DNA of 64,000 bases, from positions 15,564,001 to 15,628,000 of the forward strand of contig CM052832.1 of NCBI GenBank assembly GCA_028534125.1. The letters are read 5' to 3'. The first letter of the stretch is position 1. Each line of letters starts with the position of its first letter. Made by a program: the position numbers and the translations under genes. Positions 54,001 to 64,000 of the stretch are shown here, piece by piece. This stretch comes from Lama glama. Its lineage: Eukaryota. The notes beneath the pieces were generated by a model. The model saw nothing but the letters and a program-made list of their open reading frames with translations, was not told where the DNA came from and ran no database searches.

Positions 54001-57000
54001 TCCTGGCCTTCTACCTCTCCTCCCTCCTAGCTTTTCAGGGCTCCACACCTAAGGCCACATCTCCTTCCCTTCCAGACAGGGAAGAGACCAGAAGGATTTT
54101 TCTGGGTACTCACCGTCTCCTCTTCCCTATCCCAGCCTCTCACCCAATGATTATATTTTGTCACTTACTGCCAGGCTTCTGGGCAGGAACAGCAGGGCCT
54201 GGCTTCTGATTCTTCAACACTAGAGAAATGGGAGGCAACATACAGAATTACAGCACCAGTGTCCCTCCACTTCCATCATTCTCCTTTTCCACACAGACAT
54301 GTATTACACAAGATCCCATCTCAGCCCCAGCTCTTAAGCACCGTTACCTGTGGCGACAGCTGTGGAACATCGGGGTCCTGTCTTTTTGGGAACTTTTGGA
54401 GCTGCCAGGAGATGGGAGAGAAGAAAAGCAGAGTCGTGATTCTCAGGGTGGCATGTACTCTGGCTGGGCCAGTGGCAGAGGGGTTGCTTTTTCAGAAGAT
54501 TAGAAATAACATAACTTCCCTCTTCCCGAGTTGGAACAACTCTAAAGATATCCTTCCTAGGACCAACATGCCAAGAGACAAGCTGGACCAAGATACGTAA
54601 GAAGAGCAGGAGGGGGAAGAATCATGTGTAAAGGATGCTGCCATTTGTGTAAAAAATGTTGGGGAACATGCCCATATCTGCTGGAATACCCGTAGACTAT
54701 CCCTGGAAGGACACAGAGTTGCCCCATGGGGAGGGAAGCTGGGTGGCTCGAGTACACGGGCAGGAGGGAGATTATTCACTGTATATAACACCTTTAGTGC
54801 CTCTGGAATTTTTAAACAAGTGAAATGTATTACCTATCCAAAATAAGCTAAAAATGAAAGAAAAGAAAAGAAAAAAGTGAATTAAAGAGAACCGGCCTTT
54901 GTGCTCTTGGCCTCTGTCCACCCCTGGAGCCCACCTGCGGTCTGGCCTTGTGTCGGTGGCACTGTGGTGAGGACCGGCGCTCTGGGGCGAGACGTGGCAA
55001 TTTTGGTTGTTGTGCCCAGGCCTCGTGTCCTTTTCTGGGGGAAAGACAAGGGTGGGTTGGAATCCATAGTTACCCTCCCTGATTGTTTTACAAAGACACA
55101 GACACACACGCACACACACACATACCCGCCTACGCGCATGCGGATTTCCAAAGCCAGCTCACCTTCTCAGGCTCCAAGGCATCCTCCATCTGGTCAGGCC
55201 CCCTCTTACGCCTGCTTCCTGGGAGAGGCAGCCGGGAAGCCACCTTCACCAGGGGTCTCTTCAGCTCTATGTTCCCCTTCACTTCCAGCAAGGGGGACCT
55301 CTGCTGGGAAGAGAGAGACCCTGAAGACAATACTCTGGGACCCAAATGTTCTAAGAACTCCCTTTTTTGCCCCCTGCCCCCACCCCCTACAGCCTAATTC
55401 TCAATATTGCTGCCAACAAGCATCAGCTGAGAACCTCTTGTGCCACCAACTGGGGCTCACAGATTATGTGCCAGCCAAAAACCACGGAGAGAGGGGGGAA
55501 AGAACACAAAAGAGGGGGCATTCTCAAAGCGAAAAGCCAGACAGATATAGGACTTCAGCTAACTTTAAGGGTAGTACTGAAACAAGCAGAGAAAAAGCAA
55601 CACTCCTTGTGGAAGGCAAAATCTTAAGCTGCACATAGGATGGCTGGGAAACCAACAGAGAGAGTTGGAAGATACACAAGGCTGAAGACTGGGTGGGAGG
55701 AGCAGGTAAAATTTATTAGGCACTGTTTTAAATGCTTTATATGGATCCATGTACTTACTCCTCACAGCAGCCCCCTGAGGAGCTGCTATTATTAGCCTCA
55801 TTTTGCAGAGGAGGGAAGGAAGGCACTGAGGGGTAAAATAGCTCTTCTGAGGCCATCAGCTGAGTGAAAGGCAGAGTCAGGGTTAGAATCTAGACAGTCT
55901 CATTCTGGAGGCCGTGTTTGTTTATGTATTTGTTTGTTTTTTCATTGAAGTCTAGTTGATTTACAATGTTGTGTTAGTTTACGGTGTACAGAAAGTGATT
56001 CAGTTCTTTCTCTCTCTATATATTATATTATCAGATTCTTTTTTCAGATTTTTTTCCATTATTATAGGTTATTACAAGATACTGAATATAGTTCCCTGTG
56101 CTACACAGTAAGACTTTGTTGGTTATCTACTTTATATAAAGTAGTATGTATCTGTTAATCCCAAACTCCTAATTTATCCCTCCCACTGGAGGCCGTGTTT
56201 TTAACCTCTAGACCACACTGCCTTGCAGGGCACTGATGCCAAGCTAGGAGGTAGTTTAGGCTTTAGCCCTGCATATGTGGAGAGCTAGGTACAGTTTCTG
56301 ATCAGGCATGTGAAAAATATACGAGAGAGCCTACTGTGAATAATAATAATGAGCTGTATATAAGCTGACTTGCCTGGAGAAGATTAGAAGGTAGTAGCCA
56401 TGACCAGTTTCAAGAGCACCTAAGTATAGGTATGAGGTGGGGGCAGAGGGAAAGAAAGATCCGCTCCTCTAAGCAGCCCAGTTCGGTGCCTGGGGACTAT
56501 GTCCACCCTATGGTGAGTCCTACCTGGGGTAACCAACCATTCTGGTTTGCCACAAACTGGGGGTTTCTTGGGACACAAGTATTTGTCCTAAAACCAGTTC
56601 ACGCCTATGCAAACCAGGATAAGTGGTCACCGTATTCCTATTCCACCATTAGGAAAGCTCCATGTGTGGAATCAACTTGCCAGTTTTCACTATAAGTAAC
56701 ACTTAATGCCAAGGCCAGTCTCACTCTGCCATTCAGTTTACTTCATTCATTCAATATTTACAAAGTGCCTGTGATATGCCAGAAAATGATCTGGATTCTG
56801 GAGTAACAGATGTTGTCCCTGCCCTCAGGATGCTCATGGGACAGCAGAGGAAGAGAAGCATTTAAAGAGATAATTAAATCTTTACTGAGTGCTATCATAA
56901 AAGGATCCCAAAGGAGGGGGTGGGCATCCAGTTTGGACAGGGAGACTGTCAAGGCACAATTCTGAAAGGTTGGCTTAATGGGCTTAGGCAGAAAGCAAGG

Positions 57001-60000
57001 AGGGGTGCATGCGAGGAACGACAAATTATTCTGTTCAAATGAACACAGGGATGTACACAGATGAAAACACAGGCAGAAGGGAAAAGACTGCGGCAGTCAG
57101 TATGCCGAGATAGAGAGTCTGGGATTTATTGGTGGCAAGAGGGACCCTGATGTTTTTTCAGTCAGGAGAATAGTATGACTAGATTTGAACTGAAAAAATG
57201 AACTGTTAGCAATGCAAGATTGAATGGAAATAAAAGATGAGGGTTATCACAGGCAGTGGGATGGCATCCTTCCTTCCTTCATCCATCCATTCATTCATTC
57301 AACAAGGATTCATTGCACTAGGTTTGTTGAATGACTGCTCTGGACCAGACGCTGTTCTAGGCCCTGAGGCAAGAGTAATAAATGTAAAGTCCCTGCCTTC
57401 TCAGAGCTTACTTACTAGGGCAGCCTTTCCAAGCTGGGGGTACAAAAGCATTAAGCTCTACAGAAAATGATCTGTTTTCTCAGTTCTCCCAAGGATGTAA
57501 ACAGATCTTACTATTCTAGGTGCCTAAGAGAGAAGTTAATTCACTAGATATAAAGGATGCCTTAGGATATTAGAGTTTAATTCTCATGGAATTCAGCTGG
57601 GAGGGTATGTTCTATGAGTTTGAAGGCTAAGCAGAAATCCATCAAAGAGACTTCCGGGCAGTGGGCAGGCAGCAGAGGGGCTGGATTACTGAAACCAAGT
57701 ACTGACCTAACAGGGAGCTGGATTAGGGGAAGGAGGTAGAGCGCAGGCAGTGAGGGAGATGGAGGAGTCCAGGCTGACTCCAAGGTGCCTGCCATGGTGC
57801 CATTAGCCAAGATCACAGGCAGAAAAGCTGGGTTTGTTGTCTTTTGTTTTTTAATTAAACTTTTCATTTTAAAATCATTGCAGATTCACAGGCAGTTGTA
57901 AGAAATAATCTGGAAAGATCTGAGAGTACCTGAAGGGCTAGTTTTTAAGAAATACTAAATTCAACTTTGGGAAAGTGAGGCTGAGCTACCTGTGATACAA
58001 AGAGATATATTCAAGGACGTTCACAGAGCATCACTATAGAGAAAACTCTGAAACATTGTGATATCTTGGTTTTTTAAATTTTGTTGTTTTATTGCTTTTC
58101 CTTACGTTAGACTATTAGCATCACAAGAACATATCTGTTTTGTTCACAACTATATATAACCAGAGTGCCTGGTACAATGTCAGCTACACAGCAGGACTTA
58201 ATACAGTTTTAAAGAAATGAAATTAGATGTCTACCAGCAGGGAAATACTTGAACTTTGATACATCCAAACCATTGGCTCCTATACAAATAAAAAGGAAAA
58301 AAAAAAAAAAAGGAGGTGGCATTCTTTTTCCTGCCACCTGCAGAAATATGTACAAAGAATGCTTATTTTAATTCAGTTAAATCAAATGTAGTATGAAACC
58401 CCAATTTTTCTTTAAGGATTTCAAACACTGAATTTTGGGGGGGAAGGTTTAGCTTAGTGGTAGAGCTCATGCTTAGCGTGCACGAGGTCCTGGGTTCAAT
58501 CCTCAATACTTTCATTAAAATAAACAAACAAACAAATCTAACCTCCCCCCCAAGTAAATAAAACAGAGGGGAAAAAAACCCACTGAATTTTAAAATAACC
58601 TGTGCCCTTCGTTCTCTCTACACTATCATAGTGGGTCTACTAAAGACGTATCTCCCTGGGATTTGTGTGGGTTCAGAAAATGTGTTCAAAGGTTTGTTAA
58701 TTCAGGACAACTCCACGGAGTGCAGTATTTATTTTTCTCCCCTCTATAAAGCTAGACATGATGGCTCCCAACTTTCCACAATAAGCATAAGCACTTAACC
58801 TTCTATAAAAACAGCTTTTCATTGAACCCCTCCTGGAAATACCCACTTCCCAGGATTAGGGATGGTTGCCCTGTTGCTAAGGCAACCCCTCCACATGCGC
58901 ATCACACCTCTCACCTACTCAGGAACAGAGTTCCAGCAATCCTTTCTTCTCTCCTCTACACCATCACTTTGATTTTCTCCTGGATCATTCCAATCACCAT
59001 ACAACACGTGCTATTATTGCTTCCAACCTAAAAGCGTTTTTCTCTCCTAAACCTGTCCCAATCAGGCTTTCACTCCCACCATTCCACCGAAACTGCTCTC
59101 GAGGTCACGAATAACCCTGTGTTGCTAAATCAGTTCTTCATCTTTGTGTTTCTTGACCCCTCAGCAGCATTTGATAAAACTGTTCACTCCTCTTCCTTAA
59201 TATACTCTCTTAATTTAGCTTCTGAGAGACCATCCCCTCTTGGCTTTCCTACCTCACTGGTAGATCCTCTTCATCTCTCCAAACTTTCACGGTGGTCTCT
59301 CTATTCTCTATCTACACTTAGTCCATTCCCATGGCTTTAGATACCCTCATATGCTGACAACTCCCAAATGTCTATCTCCAGCCCAGACCTTGCCCAGAAA
59401 CTCAAATGGAACTGCCTTCCCAATGTCTCCACCTGGAAATCTAATCGGCACTTCAAACTTAAGACATCCAATCTGACCTCCTGATGTCCAACCCTCCTTC
59501 AAATTTCCTCTACTTGCAGCTTTCTCCATCTCAGTTGATATAATTCCATCTTTCAGTAGCTCAAGCTAAACACTCAAAGTCCTCTCATTCCCTTACATAT
59601 GACACCTAACATCAGCAAACGTGGCCGACTCTATCTTCCAAATCTATCCCGAATCTGACCACCAGTTACTACTTCCACTGCTACTACCATGATCCAAGTC
59701 ACCTTCATCTCTCACCTAGATTACCATACTCCACTGGTTCTCAACTAGGGGTGACTTTACTCTGGAGACATTTTGATGTTCATGATTAGGTATGGGTTGT
59801 TACTGGTATCTAGTGGGTAAAAGCCAGGAGTGCTGCTAAACATCACACAATGTACAGGACAGCCCCCAACAATACAATGTCAATAATGTGAAAGTTGAGA
59901 AAAACTGCCCCATTCCTAACGGGCCTCCTTGTTTCTATCCTTGCTCCCTTATAGTCTAGAGTAGCTGCTAGAGTGGTCTTCTTAAAATGTTAAGACAGAT

Positions 60001-61232
60001 CTTGTCTCTCTTTGCTTGAAACCATCCAATGATTCCTCATCTTACTGGGAGTAAAAGTCAAAGTCCTCACAATGGCACCTGCAAGAAGCAATGGGATCAA
60101 CAACCTCCCATCTCGGTTACCTGACTTCCCTTCCCACAACTTCCCACTCCATTCCATTTCCACCTCACTCCATTCTTAATGGAGCTTACTAAAACCACCC
60201 TACTTAACCGTCTAACCAACCTGCCAGTTGGCCTCCCCTCCCCCTCTTAATCTGCTCAATTTTTGCCTTTTCTCCATAGCACTTATCACCTTCGTAACAG
60301 TATCATATAATTTACTTATCACATATGTCTGCCTTCCAATAGAATGGCAGCTCCATGACAGAGATCTCTGCCTGTTCACTGCTGCGCCTCAAGCACATAG
60401 TCATAGTGCCCAGTAAATAGTTGATGATGAATAGATATGAGAAGGCTTCTATTATTTTTCACTGTCACATCACACTGCTCCGCCCTCTGGCTGGCAGGAT
60501 ACAAAGTATCTCTTCAAGTTGAAACTTGACTTTGGATAAATCTGAATAGGAAATACTAGTAAACAGGATTCGTGGAGGAGCCCTTTTCTGACACCAGAAG
60601 TCAATCCACTCTCACTGTCACAAAACACAGCTCTCTCCACGGGAGAGGGGAGGCTGCAGGTGGTTGTGCGGTGCAGAAGGGCGCTGATAAGAGAAGAAAC
60701 TAAGTTATCTAGTTCCATTGAGCAGAGATCTCTACAAAACCTGGGGAAGGAGAGAGAATGAGGAGTACTTCAGGACACATCACTCTCTCTCTCCCCTTCC
60801 TACACCTCAAAGCGGCAGTAAAGAGGTGACACAAAAGGACGTCAGCAGGGTCACGGCCTCAGCACCATTTCCCCAGAGGTACAGGTCATCTCAGACCTCA
60901 CCCTTCTCAATAACACACTGCAATAATACGTAGGAATGGACAGATGGGAATGTGTCCAGACAAGCCTGAGAATTCGAAATGGAAAATCCTGGAAACACGA
61001 AAGCGAGCAAGGGCGCAGGGGACTCTAGGATGCTGAGGGAAGGCAGGTAGACTTGCCCTCTGACCTCCTGGGACTGCTCCCTGCCTTCTCCACTCTCCAT
61101 TCCTCATCCTCGTCAACCTTGTGAGGGTGCTTGGATCTTGACCCTCCGGGATTCGGGAGCTCATCAGCACGTCTGCATCGGCAGCGGCCAGCTGTCGTCC
61201 CCGCGCCGGCCCCTACTCACCTGCGGCTCCAT
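48068..61232 (-). CDS. KIFC1: Kinesin-like protein KIFC1/HSET (kinesin-14, C-terminal motor), about 673 aa
   Basis: Exons 61221-61232, 55163-55300, 54935-55034, 54348-54401, 54169-54219, 53567-53967, 52125-52904, 51175-51465, 51002-51075, 50805-50880, 48068-48112 (2022 nt). Neck LKGNIRVFCRVRP, P-loop GQTGSGKT, switch I NERSSRSH, switch II LVDLAGSE. Ends VNQCVIGTAQANRK*. Confidence 0.97.
48480..49560 (+). mobile_element. Old L1 (L1ME-like) 3' fragments in the last KIFC1 intron
   Basis: A-rich degenerate L1 3'-UTR-like text (tatagattaaaagaaacttaagagaca; tttgatcctgattggaacaaacc). Hosts the SINE at 48869. Confidence 0.5.
48869..49000 (+). mobile_element. tRNA-derived SINE (Vic-1-like)
   Basis: GGGGAGGGTATAGCTCAAGTAGTAGAGCACATGCTTAGC head, AATAAA-rich tail, degenerate flanking repeat tcccca(g/a)taat. 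Confidence 0.85.
50404..50547 (+). mobile_element. tRNA-derived SINE (Vic-1-like) with target-site duplication
   Basis: Same head, A-rich tail, flanked by tcatttgttg on both sides. Confidence 0.88.
55700..55915. mobile_element. MIR SINE relic
   Basis: MIR core-like text ctcacagcagcccc...tattattagcctcattttgcagagg...ctgagggg. Similar relics near 6430-6560, 45060-45210 and 62210-62370. Confidence 0.6.
55920..56185 (-). mobile_element. 5'-truncated L1 3' end with 15-bp target-site duplication
   Basis: Reverse complement resembles the L1 3' UTR at 63540-63778. TSD ctggaggccgtgttt at 55905-55919 and 56186-56200. Confidence 0.88.
58437..58580 (+). mobile_element. tRNA-derived SINE (Vic-1-like) with target-site duplication
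   Basis: A/B boxes present. TSD cactgaatttt at 58426-58436 and 58581-58591. Confidence 0.88.
59030..60432. mobile_element. L2 LINE relic interrupted by MER20
   Basis: Typical L2 text (caatcaggctttcactcccaccattccaccgaaactgctct; tatgctgacaactcccaaatgtctatctccagcccagac; 3' end gttgatgatgaa). Confidence 0.8.
59733..59905. mobile_element. MER20-like hAT DNA transposon relic
   Basis: tggttctcaact...tactggtatctagtgggtaaagccagg...tgctgctaaacatc...acaatgtacaggacagcccc...gttgagaaa, with matching termini. Confidence 0.75.
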
Positions 61233-61930
61233 GTCCAGCTCCGTGCCACACACGCCGGGGAAGCGCAATGGAAGAGGACAGGGGGCCAAGGCTCCCGGGA
61301 CCTGCGTTCTCTCGCCAGCTCGCGACACAGAGCACGCGCGCTCGGGCCTTCGGCGCTGCCAGCTCCGCGCCACACCCGCCACTTTTGAATTTTAACGGCC
61401 GCTACCCTTCTCACCTCGCTCCGCACGCAGGGGCCAATCGTCGCCGTCACCACAGCCGAGGGCCAATCGCAGCGCCCTCCGCCTCCCTAGGCCACACCCC
61501 TCCCAGCCAGCTCTTTCTCTTTCCTGCTTCCCCGGCGCAGGAGAGGCAGGCGGTTTAGTCACACTTCCGGCTCCACTTTTCCTTGTCTTACCCAACCCGT
61601 CTTTTAGCAGCAGTCGCACTGGACTTCCGCTCGGCTCCCGGCCGCCGCTCCGTGCGTCAGAAATTGCCTGGAGCACGCCGCCGGAACATAACTGGTGTAG
61701 GGGCGGGGACGCTGAAAAAAAGGAATCACGCGTGCGCAAACAAGGACCCGAGCAAGGCGCGGGGTGGGGCGAGCGCCCCGTAGCGACGACAGTAGGAAGC
61801 GCACTCGTTAGCTAGTCAGAACTGGATCGTTGTGATTGAGGCTGTAGCGCACGGCATCCCTGCGACTTAAAACCGATCCCGGAAGTGGAATTGGATCCTC
61901 CGCGCTGATATGAGTGGCCGAGTCTGCCCA
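61150..61930. promoter_or_regulatory. KIFC1: KIFC1 CpG-island promoter with CHR element and paired CCAAT boxes
   Basis: TTTGAA at 61384-61389, CCAAT at 61434 and 61463, ETS motifs (cacttccgg ~61562, ccggaagt ~61879). Confidence 0.8.
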
Positions 61931-62869
61931 TTCACCGGTCACTTTGGCAGTTCTCACCAAACTTAGGGACCTTTAATACAGCTTGGCGCTCCATAGAAGC
62001 CCGACAATGGGGATTCGAGGCCCAGAGGAAGAGGATTTTTCTCTGCAGTCATCCGCCTCACCCTGCCTCCTATGTCCTGGGCGCAGTTCTTGGTGCTGGA
62101 GAACTGGCTTGGGGTCCCTCGGTGCCTAGAACCTGTGCAGGGTTTACTACTTCCGTTTATGAAGTAGTTTATGCTTTTCAAGCTAATTGCACGTGCATGA
62201 TCTCTTTTAATAATCGCTAAGTTCACTGAGCTCTTACTGTGTGTCAAATGCTTTGTGTTTCTTATCTGCAAGCCCCGTGAAGGAGACAAGTTTAGAAAGA
62301 TTAAGTAACAAGTTCAAGGTCACACTGCTGTTTGGGAATGGATCTAGATTCCATTAGCTTTCAAAATCCAAGCTATATCGGTTATCTCATACTACTAATA
62401 ATCTTAGTAACAAAAACAGTAACTCCTTACCTATGAATAATTTGCAGAGTGGTTCTACTACATTTACTCAGCTGAGTTTCCAACCAATCCTGGGACTAGA
62501 CAGGACAGGGATCTGATTTATGAGACGGAAAGGCAGGGAACTAAGGGATTTGGCCTGGTGCATAATTGGAGATTGGCCGAACTGGAACTCAAGCCACCCA
62601 TCTTCTATTATTTAATTTGGATTCAGACGTGCTTGGGGAGGGGAGCAGACTGAAAACCCAGTCATCATCCCCCAGCCTTCGGAGTCCTAGGAAACCTACA
62701 AGAAGCAAGAGCTTAAAGAGTGAGGAATGAGGGAGGAAACGGGCGAGGACCAACGTTTAATGGATGGGTAGGGAGAACTGAGAGAAGAAACCCAAGAAGA
62801 AATGTATAGCAAAAGACATTTATCAAAGTTAAACAAATGTTAGACTAGGAGAAATACGGGCATTAAAGA

Positions 62870-63340
62870 AGAAAAAGTTTATTCATCTTAATTGATGCAA
62901 GTGACTCAAACTATTCAACATCCATTGATATTAAAGAAAAAAACCATAACATGATAAAGGACATCTTCAAAAATCTAACAGCACACAGCACAATAATGGT
63001 GAAGTGTTGAAACCATTTCTCTTAAGATGAGGAACAAGGCAAGAATACCTGCTGTCAATAATCCTAGTCAATACAATAATGGAAGTTTTAGACAGTCCAT
63101 AAACAACAGCAAATATATAAAAATTGGGAAGAAACAAGTATGTGAGTATCACAGAGGAAATTTTGCATGTGTAGCAACCCCAAAAGAAAATTCAGATAGA
63201 ATTGATAAGTGAGTTTAGCAAGGCTGCTGCATTACAAAATCAACATAGAATAGTATTAATGTGTAAAATCTTTTGCATTTCTATCATCAGCAACCATCTG
63301 TTAGAAAATAACTTTTAAAATGTGCCATTCAGAATACTAC
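62870..63340 (+). mobile_element. Old L1 ORF2 fragment
   Basis: A-rich, with degenerate RT-region text (aaaccatttctcttaagatgaggaacaaggcaaga; taagtgagtttagcaaggctgc...acaaaatcaaca). Confidence 0.65.
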
Positions 63341-63344
63341 TCAC

Positions 63345-63778
63345 CAATAGAAAAGAATGAAATAATGCCATTTGCAGCAACATGGATGGACCTAGAGATT
63401 ATCATACTAAGTGAAGTACGTCAAAGAAAAATATCTTATGATATCACTTACATGTGAAATCTAAAATATAATACAAATGAACTTATTTGCAAAACAGAAA
63501 CGGACATAAAGAACAAACTTACGGTTACCAAAGGGGAAATGGGTGGGGAGGGATATAGTAGGAGTTTGGGGTTACCAGATACAAACTATTATATATATAA
63601 AATAGATAAACAACAAGGTCCTACTGTATAGCACAAGGAATTATATTCAATATCTTGTAATAAACCATAATGGAAAAGACTATGAAAAAGAATATATATG
63701 TATAACTGAATCACTTTGCTGTATACCTGAAACTAACACAACATTGTATGTCAACTATATTCAATTTAAAAAAAAAAA
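63345..63778 (+). mobile_element. L1 3' end (end of ORF2, 3' UTR, poly-A)
   Basis: aagaatgaaataatgccatttgcagcaacatggatggacctagagattatcatactaagtgaagt is a typical L1 ORF2 end. A-tail at about 63768-63778. Confidence 0.9.
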
Positions 63779-64000
63779 CTTAGAACAACAGAATTAATAA
63801 TTTAAAACATGTCGACTCTTACATCCTAAAATTTATGAATATGTGTATTACTAAGAAAATATACAAAACAAGTCTCAAAAATGTTTTACAAGTATAGTTA
63901 AAACCATATTATCTGAAAAATACCGTTAGAAGAACATAACTACCGTTAGGTCTGAAGTGCACCATTAGCCTTTTGTTCCCCAAAGAAAGAAGCCTTTGGG

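Overview
Mammalian genomic DNA, probably camelid judging by its tRNA-derived SINEs. It covers the conserved ZBTB9-SYNGAP1-CUTA-PHF1-KIFC1 block, which in human lies at the edge of the extended MHC class II region. All five genes could be assembled by hand from GT-AG junctions into intact ORFs: ZBTB9 (-, 467 aa), SYNGAP1 (-, 19 coding exons, alpha2 form 1345 aa), CUTA (+, 177 aa), PHF1 (-, 567 aa) and KIFC1 (-, 673 aa). The rest is introns, CpG-island promoters, SINE/LINE/LTR/DNA-transposon relics and microsatellites. I see no new gene family or prokaryote-style system, and most ORFs in the supplied track are artefacts of GC-rich or low-complexity DNA. The most interesting unexplained structure is in SYNGAP1 RNA processing. 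Its last intron holds an 11-nt and a 21-nt candidate microexon plus a 129-nt candidate exon, and these could combinatorially change the C-terminus and reach the PDZ-binding QTRV frame using only canonical splice sites. SYNGAP1 also shows several internal promoters/first exons (one with a perfect MEF2 site) and the poison 3' splice site of exon 11. Coordinates were counted manually, and comparisons with human or rodent proteins are from memory, not from a search.
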